The position numbers were made by a program, and so were the translations under genes. This document shows positions 29,780 through 40,524 of a stretch of 64,000 nt of DNA, piece by piece. Under the pieces are notes generated by a model that searched no databases, was not told the origin of the DNA, and saw only the letters and a program-made list of their open reading frames with translations. Each line of letters opens with the position of its first letter. Position 1 is the first letter of the stretch. Origin of the DNA: Candidatus Eiseniibacteriota bacterium (GTDB taxonomy: Bacteria > Eisenbacteria > RBG-16-71-46 > SZUA-252); contig OY969801.1 of the NCBI GenBank assembly GCA_963703225.1, positions 1,632,001 through 1,696,000 on the forward strand, given 5' to 3'.

Positions 29780-31904
29780 GGCTCAACTCCGCGAACGCGG
29801 CGAGAATCTTCTTCACCCCCGCGCGTCGAAACTGGACGGTCAGCTTGGCCCGCTCCCCCATTCCCTCGCACGCGACCACCACCCCTTCTCCGAATTGCGG
29901 ATGGATCACCCGCACCCCGACGGGGTTGGGGCCGCCGGTTGGAGCCGGCGCCGAAGCTCGGCGCGTCGTCCTCCGGCGAGGGGTCGCCCAGACGTCGCTC
30001 TCCTCCACCACCATGCAGTCGGGCGGGATCTCCGAGAGAAACCGGGACATCCCGCCGCCCGTCGCGTTCCACGCCCGCCGGTAGGTCGCGTGCAGGAGCC
30101 GGACCTCCTTCTGCGCCCGGGTCAGCGCGACGTAAAAGAGCCTCCGCTCCTCCTCCAGCTGCGCCGGATCGTCGAGGGACGACGAATGCGGCAAGAGCCC
30201 TTCCTCCAACCCCACGATCATGACGACCGGGAATTCGAGCCCCTTCGCGGCGTGGATCGTCATCAGATTGACCGTGTCTTCGGCGTCATCCCAGAGGTCG
30301 ACGTCGGTGAGGAGCGACACCTCCGCCAGAAATCCTTCGACGCTCGGCTCCTCCGCGCGCCGCGCGTAGGCCTCGGCGCCCGCGACCAGTTCCTCGACGT
30401 TCTCGATCCGCTCCGCCGCCTCGGAGGGATTCTCCTCCATGAGATGCTCCCGGAATCGAATCGCCGCCAGAAGCTCGGCGACGCAGACCGCGGGCGGCAG
30501 CGCGAGGAGCGGCGCGAGCGCCGCGAAGCGAGCCCCGGCGTCCGCGAGCTTCTTCGCCGGCGCGGAGCCGATCGCGCCGGAAAGCTCGGGATGGTGAAGC
30601 GCCTCCGGCACCGTGAGCCCGCGCGATTCCATGAACTCGCGAAGCCGGTCGAGCGTGGTCTTCCCGATCCCGCGAGGGGGCACATTGAGAACCCGAAACC
30701 ACGAGACGGTGTCGCGCGGCTGCGCCAGCGCCCTCAGGTAGGCGAGCACGTCCTTGACCTCCCGGCGCTCGTAGAAGGAAATGCCGCCGGTGAGCTGGTA
30801 CGGGATCGCGGAGCGACGGAGCGCGTTCTCCACGGCGCGGGATTGCGCGTTGGTCCTGTAAAGCACGACGAAGTCCTTGTTCGAGCGCGATTCCCGCCGG
30901 CGAAGCTCCAGGAGCAGCGAGACCACCTTCTCCCCCTCCGCCTCCTCGTCGGGGAGCACGTGCAGCGTGAGCGGGTCGCCCGCGTCATTCTCGGTCCAAA
31001 GCTCCTTCTCCTTCCGGCCCACGTTGTGCCGGACGACGCCATGGGCCGCGCGCAGGATCATCTTCGTCGAGCGATAGTTTTGCGTCATGCGGAGCACGGT
31101 CGCGTCCGGAAATCGCTTCTCGAACGAGAGAATGTTCCCGACGTCGGCGCCCCGCCACCCGTAGATCGACTGGTCGTCGTCGCCCACCACCATCAGGTTT
31201 CGATGGACGCCGGAGAGCCGCTCGATCAGCCCGAATTGGATCGCGTTCGTGTCCTGGTACTCGTCGACCAGGACATGGCGGAACCGCCCGGCGTAGTCCA
31301 GCCGGACCGCCTCGTCGAGATCGAGAAGGCGAACCGTGTAGAGAATCAGGTCGTCGAAGTCCATCGCCGCCCGGTCCCGGAGGGCCTTGGCATACCCCGC
31401 GTAGACCGTGGCCAGACGCCTGTCGATCGGGCTCCTCGCCGTCTTCTCAAACTCCGCCGGGTCGATGCCCTCGTTCTTGAGGCGCGAGATCCTCGATCCC
31501 GCGCCCGCGGGGGTCAGCGCGGTGTCGGCTCCGCCCACGTCCTTGAGCAGCTCGCGCAGGAGCGTGCGCTGGTCGTCGGTGTCGTAGATGACAAACCCGC
31601 GAGGGTAGCCGAGCGACTCGGCGTGGCGGCGGAGGATCCGGACGCAGGTGGCGTGAAACGTGCCGAGCCAGACGCGGATTTCGGCGCCGCCGAGGAGCGA
31701 TTCCACGCGCTCCCTCATCTCGCGCGCGGCCTTGTTGGTGAACGTGAAGGCGAGGATCGCGCCCTGGGGAACGTCCCGCTCGCGAACCAGGTGGGCGATC
31801 CGCCCGGTCAGGACACGGGTCTTTCCACTCCCCGCGCCCGCCAGGACCAGCAGGGGGCCACCGGGGTGCTCGACCGCCTGCCGCTGGACCGGGTTCAATT
31901 CCAC
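29769..31904 (-). CDS. pcrA: UvrD/PcrA DNA helicase
   Basis: AGAGSGKT, VDEYQDTN, QNYRST, HAAKGLEF, EERRLFYV; Tudor-like tail HPQFGEG. Confidence 0.95.
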   Translation of the reverse strand: MELNPVQRQAVEHPGGPLLVLAGAGSGKTRVLTGRIAHLVRERDVPQGAILAFTFTNKAAREMRERVESLLGGAEIRVWLGTFHATCVRILRRHAESLGYPRGFVIYDTDDQRTLLRELLKDVGGADTALTPAGAGSRISRLKNEGIDPAEFEKTARSPIDRRLATVYAGYAKALRDRAAMDFDDLILYTVRLLDLDEAVRLDYAGRFRHVLVDEYQDTNAIQFGLIERLSGVHRNLMVVGDDDQSIYGWRGADVGNILSFEKRFPDATVLRMTQNYRSTKMILRAAHGVVRHNVGRKEKELWTENDAGDPLTLHVLPDEEAEGEKVVSLLLELRRRESRSNKDFVVLYRTNAQSRAVENALRRSAIPYQLTGGISFYERREVKDVLAYLRALAQPRDTVSWFRVLNVPPRGIGKTTLDRLREFMESRGLTVPEALHHPELSGAIGSAPAKKLADAGARFAALAPLLALPPAVCVAELLAAIRFREHLMEENPSEAAERIENVEELVAGAEAYARRAEEPSVEGFLAEVSLLTDVDLWDDAEDTVNLMTIHAAKGLEFPVVMIVGLEEGLLPHSSSLDDPAQLEEERRLFYVALTRAQKEVRLLHATYRRAWNATGGGMSRFLSEIPPDCMVVEESDVWATPRRRTTRRASAPAPTGGPNPVGVRVIHPQFGEGVVVACEGMGERAKLTVQFRRAGVKKILAAFAELSHAD

Positions 31905-31911
31905 GAAACGA

Positions 31912-34900
31912 TCAGTACTCCAGACGAACTTTGAGGTCGAGGCTGTACTCTGTGGTCGGCAGATCCTGCGTCGCAGGCGGCCGGCGGATCTGCTGCCCCT
32001 TGATGAGTAGGTGTCGGGTAAAGCGGTAGTCGGCGTTGATCTGCTCTTCCCCGACCCCGGAAAAGTCGCGAGAGTACTTGAGATAGAGTTCGGGGGTCAC
32101 GTACTTTCCAACCCCCACCATGCTCACCGCACTGGCGCTCGTGGTGCCGTTCGCCGTCGTGCCTCCGCTCGCGGTCGCGCTCGCGCCGGATCGAAGATCG
32201 ATCGTGTCGATGAATCCTGTTCCGCCCAGCCAATGCTCCAGGTTCTGGAAGAGATAGTTCGAGATCGGGAGCGCGACCCCGGGATTCTCCTGCGTCGTGG
32301 TCGTGCCGGAAGCCACGGAGAGCCCCGACGACGGGGCGAATTGTCCGAGGGCGAGCGCCTTCCAGAGATCGTTGGGAGGCGTCCCCTCGTCGTCGTAGAC
32401 CCGCACCTTGAGCCGGGAGACGCGGTCGCTCAGCGCCAAGTAGACCGTGTGGGTCTTGTTGGGGTCGGGAATGGTGGTGTCCGCCGTGATGTTCACCTCG
32501 GGATCGATCCGGTCGGGGCTGTTGAAGTTCACCGTCCCCTGCAAGTTTCGGAACTGCCGCGTCATGATGTAATACTTGCCGCCCTTCACGTTGAGCACGC
32601 CGAGCGCCAAGTCCCCGTTCCCCTCGTTCCTGAAGATCAACGTCCCGTCGCTCTCCAGCTCCACCTCGGCGTCGAGGGTCCGGTAGAACACGTTCCCGGG
32701 AATGTCAACGTTGACGTTGTACAGAATTGGAAGCGGCTCGCCGGGGTCGCCGGCGGGCTTGGAGAGGTCGAGCGTCAGCTCCCCTTTGTTGATGACCACG
32801 CTGCCGGTGATCACCGGCACCACCGCGCCGACCGGGTTTCGCCCGTTGACGATGTCGAACCCTCCGGTGAGCCGGAAGAGGTAGTTCTCCCGATCGGTGG
32901 TCGTGACGTCGGTCGCCTTGATCTTGAATTGGTAATCGCCGCGGGGACCGATCGCGGCCGGCTCGCCCGGCGGGGGAGCGGACGTGGGCCAGCGCCACCA
33001 ACCGGTGGCGCTCAGCGATCCCTTCTTGCCCTGCCGCGCCGTGGCCTTGGTCAGCTGGACCCGCTCCTGGTCGAACGTCGCGTCGAGCGTGATCGCCTCG
33101 AGAATTTCGTAGCGGCCCGCCAGCCGGAGTTTCCCGTCGGCGATCTTGAGACTTCCCGTTACGCGTGGCTTTCGCGACGTACCTCCGACATCCGCCGTGA
33201 CCGTGATTCGTCCACTCGCGGCCGCGATATCCGGGAAGAGCACCGGCAAGACCGAGAGATCCCCCCCGGGAACGCGAAGGCTGAGCGCGATCGGATCCGT
33301 GTTGGAAAGGCGCTCGGGGGCGTAGAGCCCCAGATCGATCGGAATCTCGCCGCTCAGCTTGGAAATCGCGTCCCCCTGGCGGATGTCGCACCGCTTGATC
33401 TGGAGGTGCCGGCGGTCGTAGGAACAGCCCAGCCCGATCAGTTCGACGCTCACCCCGCGAAAGCCGATCCTCGGGGCGCGGGCGTCGAGGTCGAGCACTG
33501 GCGCGGCGGGTGTCCCGGTCAGCCGCGCCTTGAGCGACGCGACCCCCTCCAGCGTCCGGAGCGTCGTATCCACCGGGGCAAACAGCCGAAGATCGAGCGA
33601 GTCGATCGAGACCTCGAGCGCCAGAGCGGCGCGCGAGGCCCATTCCGTATCGCCCTTCCCCAGCGCTCGGAGCCACTGATCCAAAGTGAATCGCGGCCGG
33701 ACCGTGCCGGCGATTCGCGCTCGGCTCTTTCCACCTACCCACTCCGCGCGATCCAGGGTCAAGAGGCCGGGGATGTACTCGACCTGCAGCGCCACGTCGT
33801 CTCCCACGATGCCGCTCCACTCCGGGCGCGCCACGTGCGCCTGAATCGAGATCGTGGGGTCCTCGATCCGGCCCGTGACCTGGAATTCACCCTGGACCAG
33901 CCCCCCGAGCATGAGTTCTTTTGCCCGCCGCACCGGGAGCCGCCCCAGGTCGAGCCCGTCGAGTTTCCCGCGCGCGTCTACGGTCTCCCCCTTCGGATTC
34001 CAATCGATATCGGCCTCCAGAACACCTGGATCCAGATCGAAGGCGAGGTTCTCGACCAGGACCCGATCTCCGATCGATGAAACGTCGACCGCTCCGCGGC
34101 TCCGGATCCGGTGCTCGGCCGTGCTCAGGGAGAGGGAGTCGAGGTGGCCCCGAACGCCTTCGGGTGCGAAGGTGAGGACCCCGCCCAGCGTCAGAAGCGT
34201 ATCGCCGAGGGTCTGGCGATACCGCTGAATCGTCAGTCGCTCTCCACCGGCCACGGTCAGATCGAGGTTCCCGAGTCCGCGCGCGCCGGCGCTCAGCCCG
34301 CGCGCCCCCACGTCGCCGATCAGATCGAGTTTGGGGAGCAGCTTCCCACGGGCTTCGACGGTCATCGTGTCGCAGCCCAGCCCGTTCTCGAGGCGCGTCC
34401 CGTAGAAATCGGCCGAAGCGGCGAAGAGCGGCGCGGCGAGCGTCCCGGTGAGACGCACCGCCACCGACCCCGACCCGGCCTCCGCCGCGACCGGGTGGAG
34501 CAGCGGATTGAATTTCTGAAGATCCGAGATCGATCCCGCCACCCTCGCGTCGAGGGATCGATCCGAATGCAGGACTCCCGTGACGTCGAGACGCGCCCCG
34601 GGAATCTCGACGACGCTGCTGTCGATCGAAACCGCGCCGTCGGGGCTCGCGTGGAGACGCACGGTCCCGCCATCGATCTCGAGCTTCCCGAACTGGCTGG
34701 GTGCGAGGCGAATGGCGGCGGCCACCTCCGGATGCGGCTTGGCGCGGCGCGCGACGATCCGCGCCTCCCCCGCCAAACGTCCCTGAGGCATGTTCTCTGG
34801 CGACTGCCACCAGGGGAGGAGCGCGGGATTCAGGTCGTGGAAGGCGACGTCGGCTTCCACGGAGCCTTGCGTGATCCACGTCCCCTGCCCCGTCACCTCC

Positions 34901-35943
34901 GCGTCGCGGACGCGAATCTGGAAACCGGAAATCGAGACCGCCCCGGGCCGCGACCGTGCCTCCAGCACGAGGGTGTCGATCGGCTCGCCTGCGTAGTCAC
35001 CCGCCAGTCGGGCGCGCGCCTCCCCCGCGGTGGGTGTTCCGGAGAATTCCACCTCGCCCCGAAGCGTTCCCTCGGACGCCTGCACCTCGAATACCTTGAG
35101 GAATTCCTGCAGGTGGAGGGGGTGGAGAGAAAGCAGTCCCGAGCGGAAGCGTGCTTCGGACAGGTCCCAATCGGCTCGGACGGTCAGGCGCGAGGCTCCT
35201 GCCCCAACCTCAACCGGGTCGGCGCGGAGGGAATCCCCCGCGACGACGACCGTACCGCTCATTTGAAGATTGCCGGGCCGGCCGGGAGTCTTGCTCACTC
35301 CGACGAAGTTGCGGATGAGCAGCTCGGATCGCCCTTCGCCGAGGTTGAGCGTCGCCCGCCCGTGGATCTCCCCAAAGCGAATATCCTCACGATCGATGGA
35401 GAACCCGCCGTCTCGAATGACCACCTCGAGCCGCGTCTGTCGCGTGGAAGCGGCCTTGGACTCGTGGTGCGCAAATCGGGGCACGACCACCTCCCCCGAT
35501 CGATCGTGCACCAGGTAGATCCGAGGCCCTTGGACATCGACGCGGAGGTCCTGCGACAGGCCCAGGAGGATTCGGAACAGGTCGTAGTCCACCCGGAGCG
35601 TTTTCGCGCTGGCCCAGGTCACCTCCCCGTCAGGAGTCCGCACGAGCAGCCGCGGGTTCTCGATAACCGCGCCGCGCATCAGGGTTCCGTGCACGCGGTC
35701 GCCCGCGAATCGTGTGGAATCGGTCCCGACCGCTCGGTTGATCTCAGCGATAATGCGCCGCGAGAGACGTGGGCTCCCTGCGGTGAACAGGGTCCCCAGG
35801 AGCACGGCGCCGCTCAGGACGAGGATGAGAAGCGCCCCGACGGAAATGAGCGCCGCCCGGAGCCAGGCCGGCATGCGCCATCCGCCCTGTCGATTCCGCC
35901 TTGCCGATTCGGGTTCCACGGATCCCCCGCCTGTTGCCGACAT
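31912..35943 (-). CDS. tamB: translocation/assembly module TamB-like protein
   Basis: N-terminal TM, long beta-rich body, DUF490-like end (VGKYVTPELY...RLEY); downstream of an Omp85 gene. Confidence 0.8.
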   Translation of the reverse strand: MSATGGGSVEPESARRNRQGGWRMPAWLRAALISVGALLILVLSGAVLLGTLFTAGSPRLSRRIIAEINRAVGTDSTRFAGDRVHGTLMRGAVIENPRLLVRTPDGEVTWASAKTLRVDYDLFRILLGLSQDLRVDVQGPRIYLVHDRSGEVVVPRFAHHESKAASTRQTRLEVVIRDGGFSIDREDIRFGEIHGRATLNLGEGRSELLIRNFVGVSKTPGRPGNLQMSGTVVVAGDSLRADPVEVGAGASRLTVRADWDLSEARFRSGLLSLHPLHLQEFLKVFEVQASEGTLRGEVEFSGTPTAGEARARLAGDYAGEPIDTLVLEARSRPGAVSISGFQIRVRDAEVTGQGTWITQGSVEADVAFHDLNPALLPWWQSPENMPQGRLAGEARIVARRAKPHPEVAAAIRLAPSQFGKLEIDGGTVRLHASPDGAVSIDSSVVEIPGARLDVTGVLHSDRSLDARVAGSISDLQKFNPLLHPVAAEAGSGSVAVRLTGTLAAPLFAASADFYGTRLENGLGCDTMTVEARGKLLPKLDLIGDVGARGLSAGARGLGNLDLTVAGGERLTIQRYRQTLGDTLLTLGGVLTFAPEGVRGHLDSLSLSTAEHRIRSRGAVDVSSIGDRVLVENLAFDLDPGVLEADIDWNPKGETVDARGKLDGLDLGRLPVRRAKELMLGGLVQGEFQVTGRIEDPTISIQAHVARPEWSGIVGDDVALQVEYIPGLLTLDRAEWVGGKSRARIAGTVRPRFTLDQWLRALGKGDTEWASRAALALEVSIDSLDLRLFAPVDTTLRTLEGVASLKARLTGTPAAPVLDLDARAPRIGFRGVSVELIGLGCSYDRRHLQIKRCDIRQGDAISKLSGEIPIDLGLYAPERLSNTDPIALSLRVPGGDLSVLPVLFPDIAAASGRITVTADVGGTSRKPRVTGSLKIADGKLRLAGRYEILEAITLDATFDQERVQLTKATARQGKKGSLSATGWWRWPTSAPPPGEPAAIGPRGDYQFKIKATDVTTTDRENYLFRLTGGFDIVNGRNPVGAVVPVITGSVVINKGELTLDLSKPAGDPGEPLPILYNVNVDIPGNVFYRTLDAEVELESDGTLIFRNEGNGDLALGVLNVKGGKYYIMTRQFRNLQGTVNFNSPDRIDPEVNITADTTIPDPNKTHTVYLALSDRVSRLKVRVYDDEGTPPNDLWKALALGQFAPSSGLSVASGTTTTQENPGVALPISNYLFQNLEHWLGGTGFIDTIDLRSGASATASGGTTANGTTSASAVSMVGVGKYVTPELYLKYSRDFSGVGEEQINADYRFTRHLLIKGQQIRRPPATQDLPTTEYSLDLKVRLEY

Positions 35944-35944
35944 C

Positions 35945-37948
35945 TCAGTAAGGATTGCCTAGGCTGAAGTGAAATTCTCCCCGAGGGCTGCTCAGGTCGG
36001 GTTCGTACGGTGTGCGGGCGCTGCGAATCTTCCATCCGTAGTCGAAGCGGACAGGTCCGACGGGAGTGCCGATTCGGAGCCCAACCCCACCACTGTACCG
36101 CATATCGTTGTACCCCGCGCCGCCACCGAAGCTGAAGATTTTCGACGGTTTGATGTCCTCGGGACGCTCCCAGACGTTACCCCCGTCGAAGAAGGCGGCC
36201 CCCGAGAAGATCCACAAGAGCGGAAAGCGAAGCTCGACCGATGCGAGAAGCACGACCTGGCCGCCCACAATCACCACCTGCTGCCTCCCGGTCGAATCGG
36301 CCACCTCCCGGGTCCCAAATTCGTTCTCCAAATATCCTCGCACGGTGGACGCGCCACCGGTTCGATAGCGCTCGTTGCTCGGGATCTGGGCCAGCTCCGG
36401 GGGGATCGAGAGGGATGGATCGGGGCCGGGCTTGGGTCCCCATGGCTCGAGCAGACCACCCCGCACTCGGGCCGCGAGAATGCTGTGGGAGCGAAGCGAA
36501 AGGTACTTGATCCCCTGGAGCCCGAGATTGGTGAATCCTCTGTTCCCCGGCGTCGCGCCGGTGACCAGCTCGACCTTTCCGAGGACGTCTTGACCCCGCT
36601 TGGGATTGAAGATGTCGGGGAGCCGGGTGTCCCACTCGGAATTGATGCCGATCCGGTTCGTCGAATAGCTCCCGGTGCCGGCCGCCACGCTGGCGCTGTC
36701 GGTGATCACGTGCCGTAGCTCGTACGAGAGATAATTCCGGATGTCGCGCAGGAAGGGGCTCGCGAAGACGATCGATCCGCCGTTCGCGCGAATGGGAAAC
36801 TGGTCGGTCTCCTGGATGATCGGCTCCTCCTCGGCGTACACGCCGACGGTGGTCTGAATGCGCACGCCGAACGGCCATGGATGCGTCACCGCGGCGTCGA
36901 TGCGGCGGTCGCCGAATGTGGTCTGCGCCAGATCCCGTTTCACGAGAAGTCCCAGGCGACCCGTGGCCACGAATCGCATCGACGACCGAAAGATGTTCCG
37001 CTGCCCCCACTGCGCCGTGAGGCGGACCTGGTCCACCGTCCCGTACCCGATACCGGCGTCGACCCACCCCATCTTCGCCTCCCGGACCGAGACGATGAGG
37101 TCGGATCGGTAGGTGACGGTGTCGGGCGTCTCCAGCGACATCTGGACATCGGAGAAGAGCCCGGAATCGTAGATCCGCTGCTGGCTCAGGATGAGCTTGG
37201 AGCGCCGGATGGTGTCCCCCTGTTTGAGAAGCATTTCCCTCGACACGTACGACGGCTTGCTCCGATTGGTCCCTTCGACCAGGACCTCGTCGAGGAAGAC
37301 TTTGGGGCCCGGATCCACCCGGTAGAAGACGTTCACCCAGTTGCTGTCCACCGCGAGAGAATCGACCACCTTCGCGAGGACGTGGCCCCGATCGGCGTAC
37401 GCGTAGACGATCGAATCGCGACTGGCTTCGAGGATCGGGAAGTCGAGCGGAGACCCCGCTCGGTACCGAAGCGTCTTCCGGAACTCCGCCTCCGAGACGG
37501 GGCCGAGCCCTTCCATCGTGATCGAGCGGATGGACGCCCTCGGCCCCTCGCTCAGGTAGAAATGAACGTCCGATTTCGAGGACGTGCCGACCGGAATGAT
37601 CTGGACGCTGTCGACCCGCGCGTGGAGGTATCCATGCCGGCGATAAAACGTCGCGAGCGTCGCTCGGTCGGAGCGGATGAAGTCGTATCGGAGGGGATTC
37701 TTTTGCCACGGCTTCCAGAAGGAGCTGGCCCGGGTGCGGAGGAGGTCGCGCAGCGGGCCGCTCTTGTACGCCACGTTGCCATGAATCTCGAGCTTGCGGA
37801 CGTGATGCTCGACATCGAATTCTTGTTGCGCGATCGCGGGCTCCGGGGCGAGCGCCGCGCAGAGCGCGACACAAATCGGCACCACGGCCGCGCGCCAAGG
37901 CAATAGGGGTTGTGGGCTTCTCCCGCTGAACTCGGCGACTCGCCTCAA
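35945..37948 (-). CDS. Omp85 family (TamA/BamA-like) outer membrane protein
   Basis: POTRA repeats, GGASTVRGY, FFDGGNVW, TPVGPVRFDYG, terminal FHFSLGNPY. Confidence 0.92.
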   Translation of the reverse strand: MRRVAEFSGRSPQPLLPWRAAVVPICVALCAALAPEPAIAQQEFDVEHHVRKLEIHGNVAYKSGPLRDLLRTRASSFWKPWQKNPLRYDFIRSDRATLATFYRRHGYLHARVDSVQIIPVGTSSKSDVHFYLSEGPRASIRSITMEGLGPVSEAEFRKTLRYRAGSPLDFPILEASRDSIVYAYADRGHVLAKVVDSLAVDSNWVNVFYRVDPGPKVFLDEVLVEGTNRSKPSYVSREMLLKQGDTIRRSKLILSQQRIYDSGLFSDVQMSLETPDTVTYRSDLIVSVREAKMGWVDAGIGYGTVDQVRLTAQWGQRNIFRSSMRFVATGRLGLLVKRDLAQTTFGDRRIDAAVTHPWPFGVRIQTTVGVYAEEEPIIQETDQFPIRANGGSIVFASPFLRDIRNYLSYELRHVITDSASVAAGTGSYSTNRIGINSEWDTRLPDIFNPKRGQDVLGKVELVTGATPGNRGFTNLGLQGIKYLSLRSHSILAARVRGGLLEPWGPKPGPDPSLSIPPELAQIPSNERYRTGGASTVRGYLENEFGTREVADSTGRQQVVIVGGQVVLLASVELRFPLLWIFSGAAFFDGGNVWERPEDIKPSKIFSFGGGAGYNDMRYSGGVGLRIGTPVGPVRFDYGWKIRSARTPYEPDLSSPRGEFHFSLGNPY

Positions 37949-37958
37949 CCGGCGAGGA

Positions 37959-39341
37959 TCAGGGTCCGGGCGCGGGGGCCGCCGTGTCGGCAGGCGCCGT
38001 CGACCGGAGCCTCTTGTCGATGTCGGCTTCGGCCTGCCTGCGCTGAGTCACCCGGCTCACGTCGTTGTAGAACGCGAAGACCACGAGCCCGATCAGCATG
38101 AAGAGGCCGATCCGCTGGAAGACATTCTGCGTCCGGAGTGAGAGGGGCCTGCGGCGCACCGCCTCGATCAGGGCGAAGAAAATGTGGCCCCCGTCGAGGA
38201 TCGGAATCGGTAGCAGGTTCATCACCATGAGCGCCAGGCTGATGAAAGAGGCGAAGGTGGTCAGCTGGGTGAGGCCCCCCTTCGCCTGCTCCCGCGCCAC
38301 TTGCGCGATGGCGATCGGGCCGGCGATCGAGCCGTGGAGGCGGATGGGATCCGAGATAAAGCTCCAAAGCCCGACGTAGATCTGACCCGTGGCCCAGAGG
38401 GTCTGCTCCACGCCTCGCACGATTGCCTTCCCCGGTGGGAAGCTCTGGCGATAGGTGAGGGTCTGGGGGGGCGAGACGCCGATCGTTCCCTCCGCGGTCG
38501 TTTTCACCTGGAGCGAGAACGTGCTGTCACCCCGTCGAACGACCAACGTGCGCACCGCATTGGGGCGCCTCCGCATCGCGGCCGAAAGATCGGGCCAGTT
38601 GGTCACACGCACCCCGTCGACGCTCAGGATCTCGTCCCCTTCCCGAAGCCCCGCGCCATAGGCCGGCATGCCGATGAGCGCCTGGCCGATGACCGTCCGC
38701 GTACCGATGTCCCACTCGAGGCCGTCGGCGAGGGTCCCGAGGCTCCGCGCGGGAACCGCTAGAGCGCTCTCGCCGCCGTGCCGCTCGACCACCAGCCGGA
38801 GCGGCTCCTCCCCCGCTCCCTTAGCGGCCGCGACCGCGTCGTCGAGTTGAGAGAGCGTCCGCGCGGGGCGCCCACCCAGGCTCACGATCTGGTCATGCGG
38901 TTCCAGGCCGACCTGCTCGGCCACGGACCCCGGTTTCACCTTGGAGACGAGGGACGAGAAATCCCGCCCTTCAACTCCCCCCATGAAGAGGGCGATGTTG
39001 ATGACGAGGGCGAAGGCTAGGTTGGCGAGAGGCCCCGCCGCTGCGATCAGCGCCCGGGCCCACCACGGCTTGGAGAGGAACTCGTCGGGCGCGCCGGTCC
39101 GATCCTCGGCTTCCTCGCTGTCCCCCGCCATCCGGACAAAGCCGCCCAGAGGGAGCGCCGAGATTCGGTAATCGGTCCCGCCGCGGCGGAACCCCAGCAC
39201 GCGGGGTCCCATCCCGATCGAGAAAGAGATCACGCGGACGCCCAGCCACTTGGCGACGAGGAAATGCCCCAGCTCGTGCACCAGCACGAGGACGCCGAGG
39301 AGCAGGGCTCCGTAGAAAAGGACGGGCAGGACTTCGTTCAT
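37959..39341 (-). CDS. rseP: RIP metalloprotease RseP
   Basis: HELGH, PLGGFVRM, two PDZ domains, NLLPIPILDGG. Confidence 0.95.
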   Translation of the reverse strand: MNEVLPVLFYGALLLGVLVLVHELGHFLVAKWLGVRVISFSIGMGPRVLGFRRGGTDYRISALPLGGFVRMAGDSEEAEDRTGAPDEFLSKPWWARALIAAAGPLANLAFALVINIALFMGGVEGRDFSSLVSKVKPGSVAEQVGLEPHDQIVSLGGRPARTLSQLDDAVAAAKGAGEEPLRLVVERHGGESALAVPARSLGTLADGLEWDIGTRTVIGQALIGMPAYGAGLREGDEILSVDGVRVTNWPDLSAAMRRRPNAVRTLVVRRGDSTFSLQVKTTAEGTIGVSPPQTLTYRQSFPPGKAIVRGVEQTLWATGQIYVGLWSFISDPIRLHGSIAGPIAIAQVAREQAKGGLTQLTTFASFISLALMVMNLLPIPILDGGHIFFALIEAVRRRPLSLRTQNVFQRIGLFMLIGLVVFAFYNDVSRVTQRRQAEADIDKRLRSTAPADTAAPAPGP

Positions 39342-39393
39342 GGTTTTGGGATTCCCCTCCCGGTCCATTCCGACCGGGCCGGGAAAACGACTC

Positions 39394-39406
39394 TAACAGG
39401 TTGAAA
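39394..39406 (-). promoter_or_regulatory. IHF-like site upstream of rseP
   Basis: TTTCAACCTGTTA, one mismatch to WATCAANNNNTTR, in an AT-rich gap. Confidence 0.35.
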
Positions 39407-39414
39407 TTATTGGG

Positions 39415-40524
39415 TCAACCCGACCACCCGAGCGCCTCGAGATATACCCGGCGGGTGCCCTCGGAGGTCCGATCGGCTGAGAAGAGACGGGCCCGTTCCC
39501 GTGCCCGCGCCCCCATGGCGGCGCGGCGCTCGGGATCTTCCGCGAGCGCGACGATGGCGTCGGCGAGCGCGTCTGGGTTTCGGGCCCCGACGAGCACTCC
39601 CGATTCACCATCGGCGACGATCTCGGGAATTCCGCCCACGCGCGTGGCCACCACCGGGAGCCCCGCCGCCATCGCGTCCAGCGTGGACGTGCCCAGTCCC
39701 TCGAGATAGGAGGAGACGCAGAAGATATCGGCAGCGCGCAGCAGATCCGTAACGTCTTCGCGGAATCCGAGGAACCGAACGGCGTCGCCGAGCCCAAGCG
39801 CGCGGTGCTGATGCTCGAGCTCCGCGCGCAGCGGCCCCTCGCCGGCGATCCAGAATCGGAGGTCGTCGCGGCGCGCGCGGGCGATCCCCGCCGCGCGAAG
39901 CAGGTCGATTTGCGACTTGTGGGGAGCCAGCGCGGCAATCTGAAGTACGAGCACCTCGTCCTCGGCGATTCCGAGACGCCGTCGCTCCCCGGCCCGATCG
40001 AAGGGTGTCGTAAACGGCGCGAGATCGATCCCGCTCGGCACGACGCGGATCTTTGCCGCCTTCACACCGCTTTGGATGAGCGCGTCCCGCACGCCGTTCG
40101 AGATCGCGATGATCATCTCGATCGGGAGCGAGTAGAGGAGGACGCTGCCCGGGTTCCGCCGAACCAGGAAATCGACGCGGCGGGAGAGGATCCTCGCCGG
40201 CCCGGGGGCGGCGAGCGAAGCCAATGCCCCCAGCGCGTGGGCGTGGGCCGCGTGCCAGTGGACGACGTCGGGATCGATCGCGTGGTGGAGCCGGGCAAGC
40301 GTGAAAACGGACGCGAGATCCCATGTCCCGCGCATCGGAACCCCGTGGACGGGAAAGTTCTCGCTCTTGGCCCGCTTCCAGAGAACGCTCTCTCGGGGCG
40401 CGGCGAGGTGGGGGTCGTCCCCGAGGCTCCTCTGGCGACGCATCAGCTCGAGCACCTGGCGCTCTCCCCCGCGCCAGGGCCGCTCCGAATCGACGTGGAG
40501 GACGCGGAGACGATCGCCGTCCAT
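39415..40524 (-). CDS. GT4 glycosyltransferase
   Basis: WRGGERQV and EGLGTSTLDAMAAGLPVVATRVGGIPE. Confidence 0.9.
   Translation of the reverse strand: MDGDRLRVLHVDSERPWRGGERQVLELMRRQRSLGDDPHLAAPRESVLWKRAKSENFPVHGVPMRGTWDLASVFTLARLHHAIDPDVVHWHAAHAHALGALASLAAPGPARILSRRVDFLVRRNPGSVLLYSLPIEMIIAISNGVRDALIQSGVKAAKIRVVPSGIDLAPFTTPFDRAGERRRLGIAEDEVLVLQIAALAPHKSQIDLLRAAGIARARRDDLRFWIAGEGPLRAELEHQHRALGLGDAVRFLGFREDVTDLLRAADIFCVSSYLEGLGTSTLDAMAAGLPVVATRVGGIPEIVADGESGVLVGARNPDALADAIVALAEDPERRAAMGARARERARLFSADRTSEGTRRVYLEALGWSG

Noticed and set aside
8304..35967. Long plus-strand ORFs (e.g. 8304-10139, 26584-28215, 29778-31934, 32011-34080, 34111-35967)
   Set aside because: Antisense shadows of well-supported genes; Arg/Gly/Pro-rich with no recognisable motifs.
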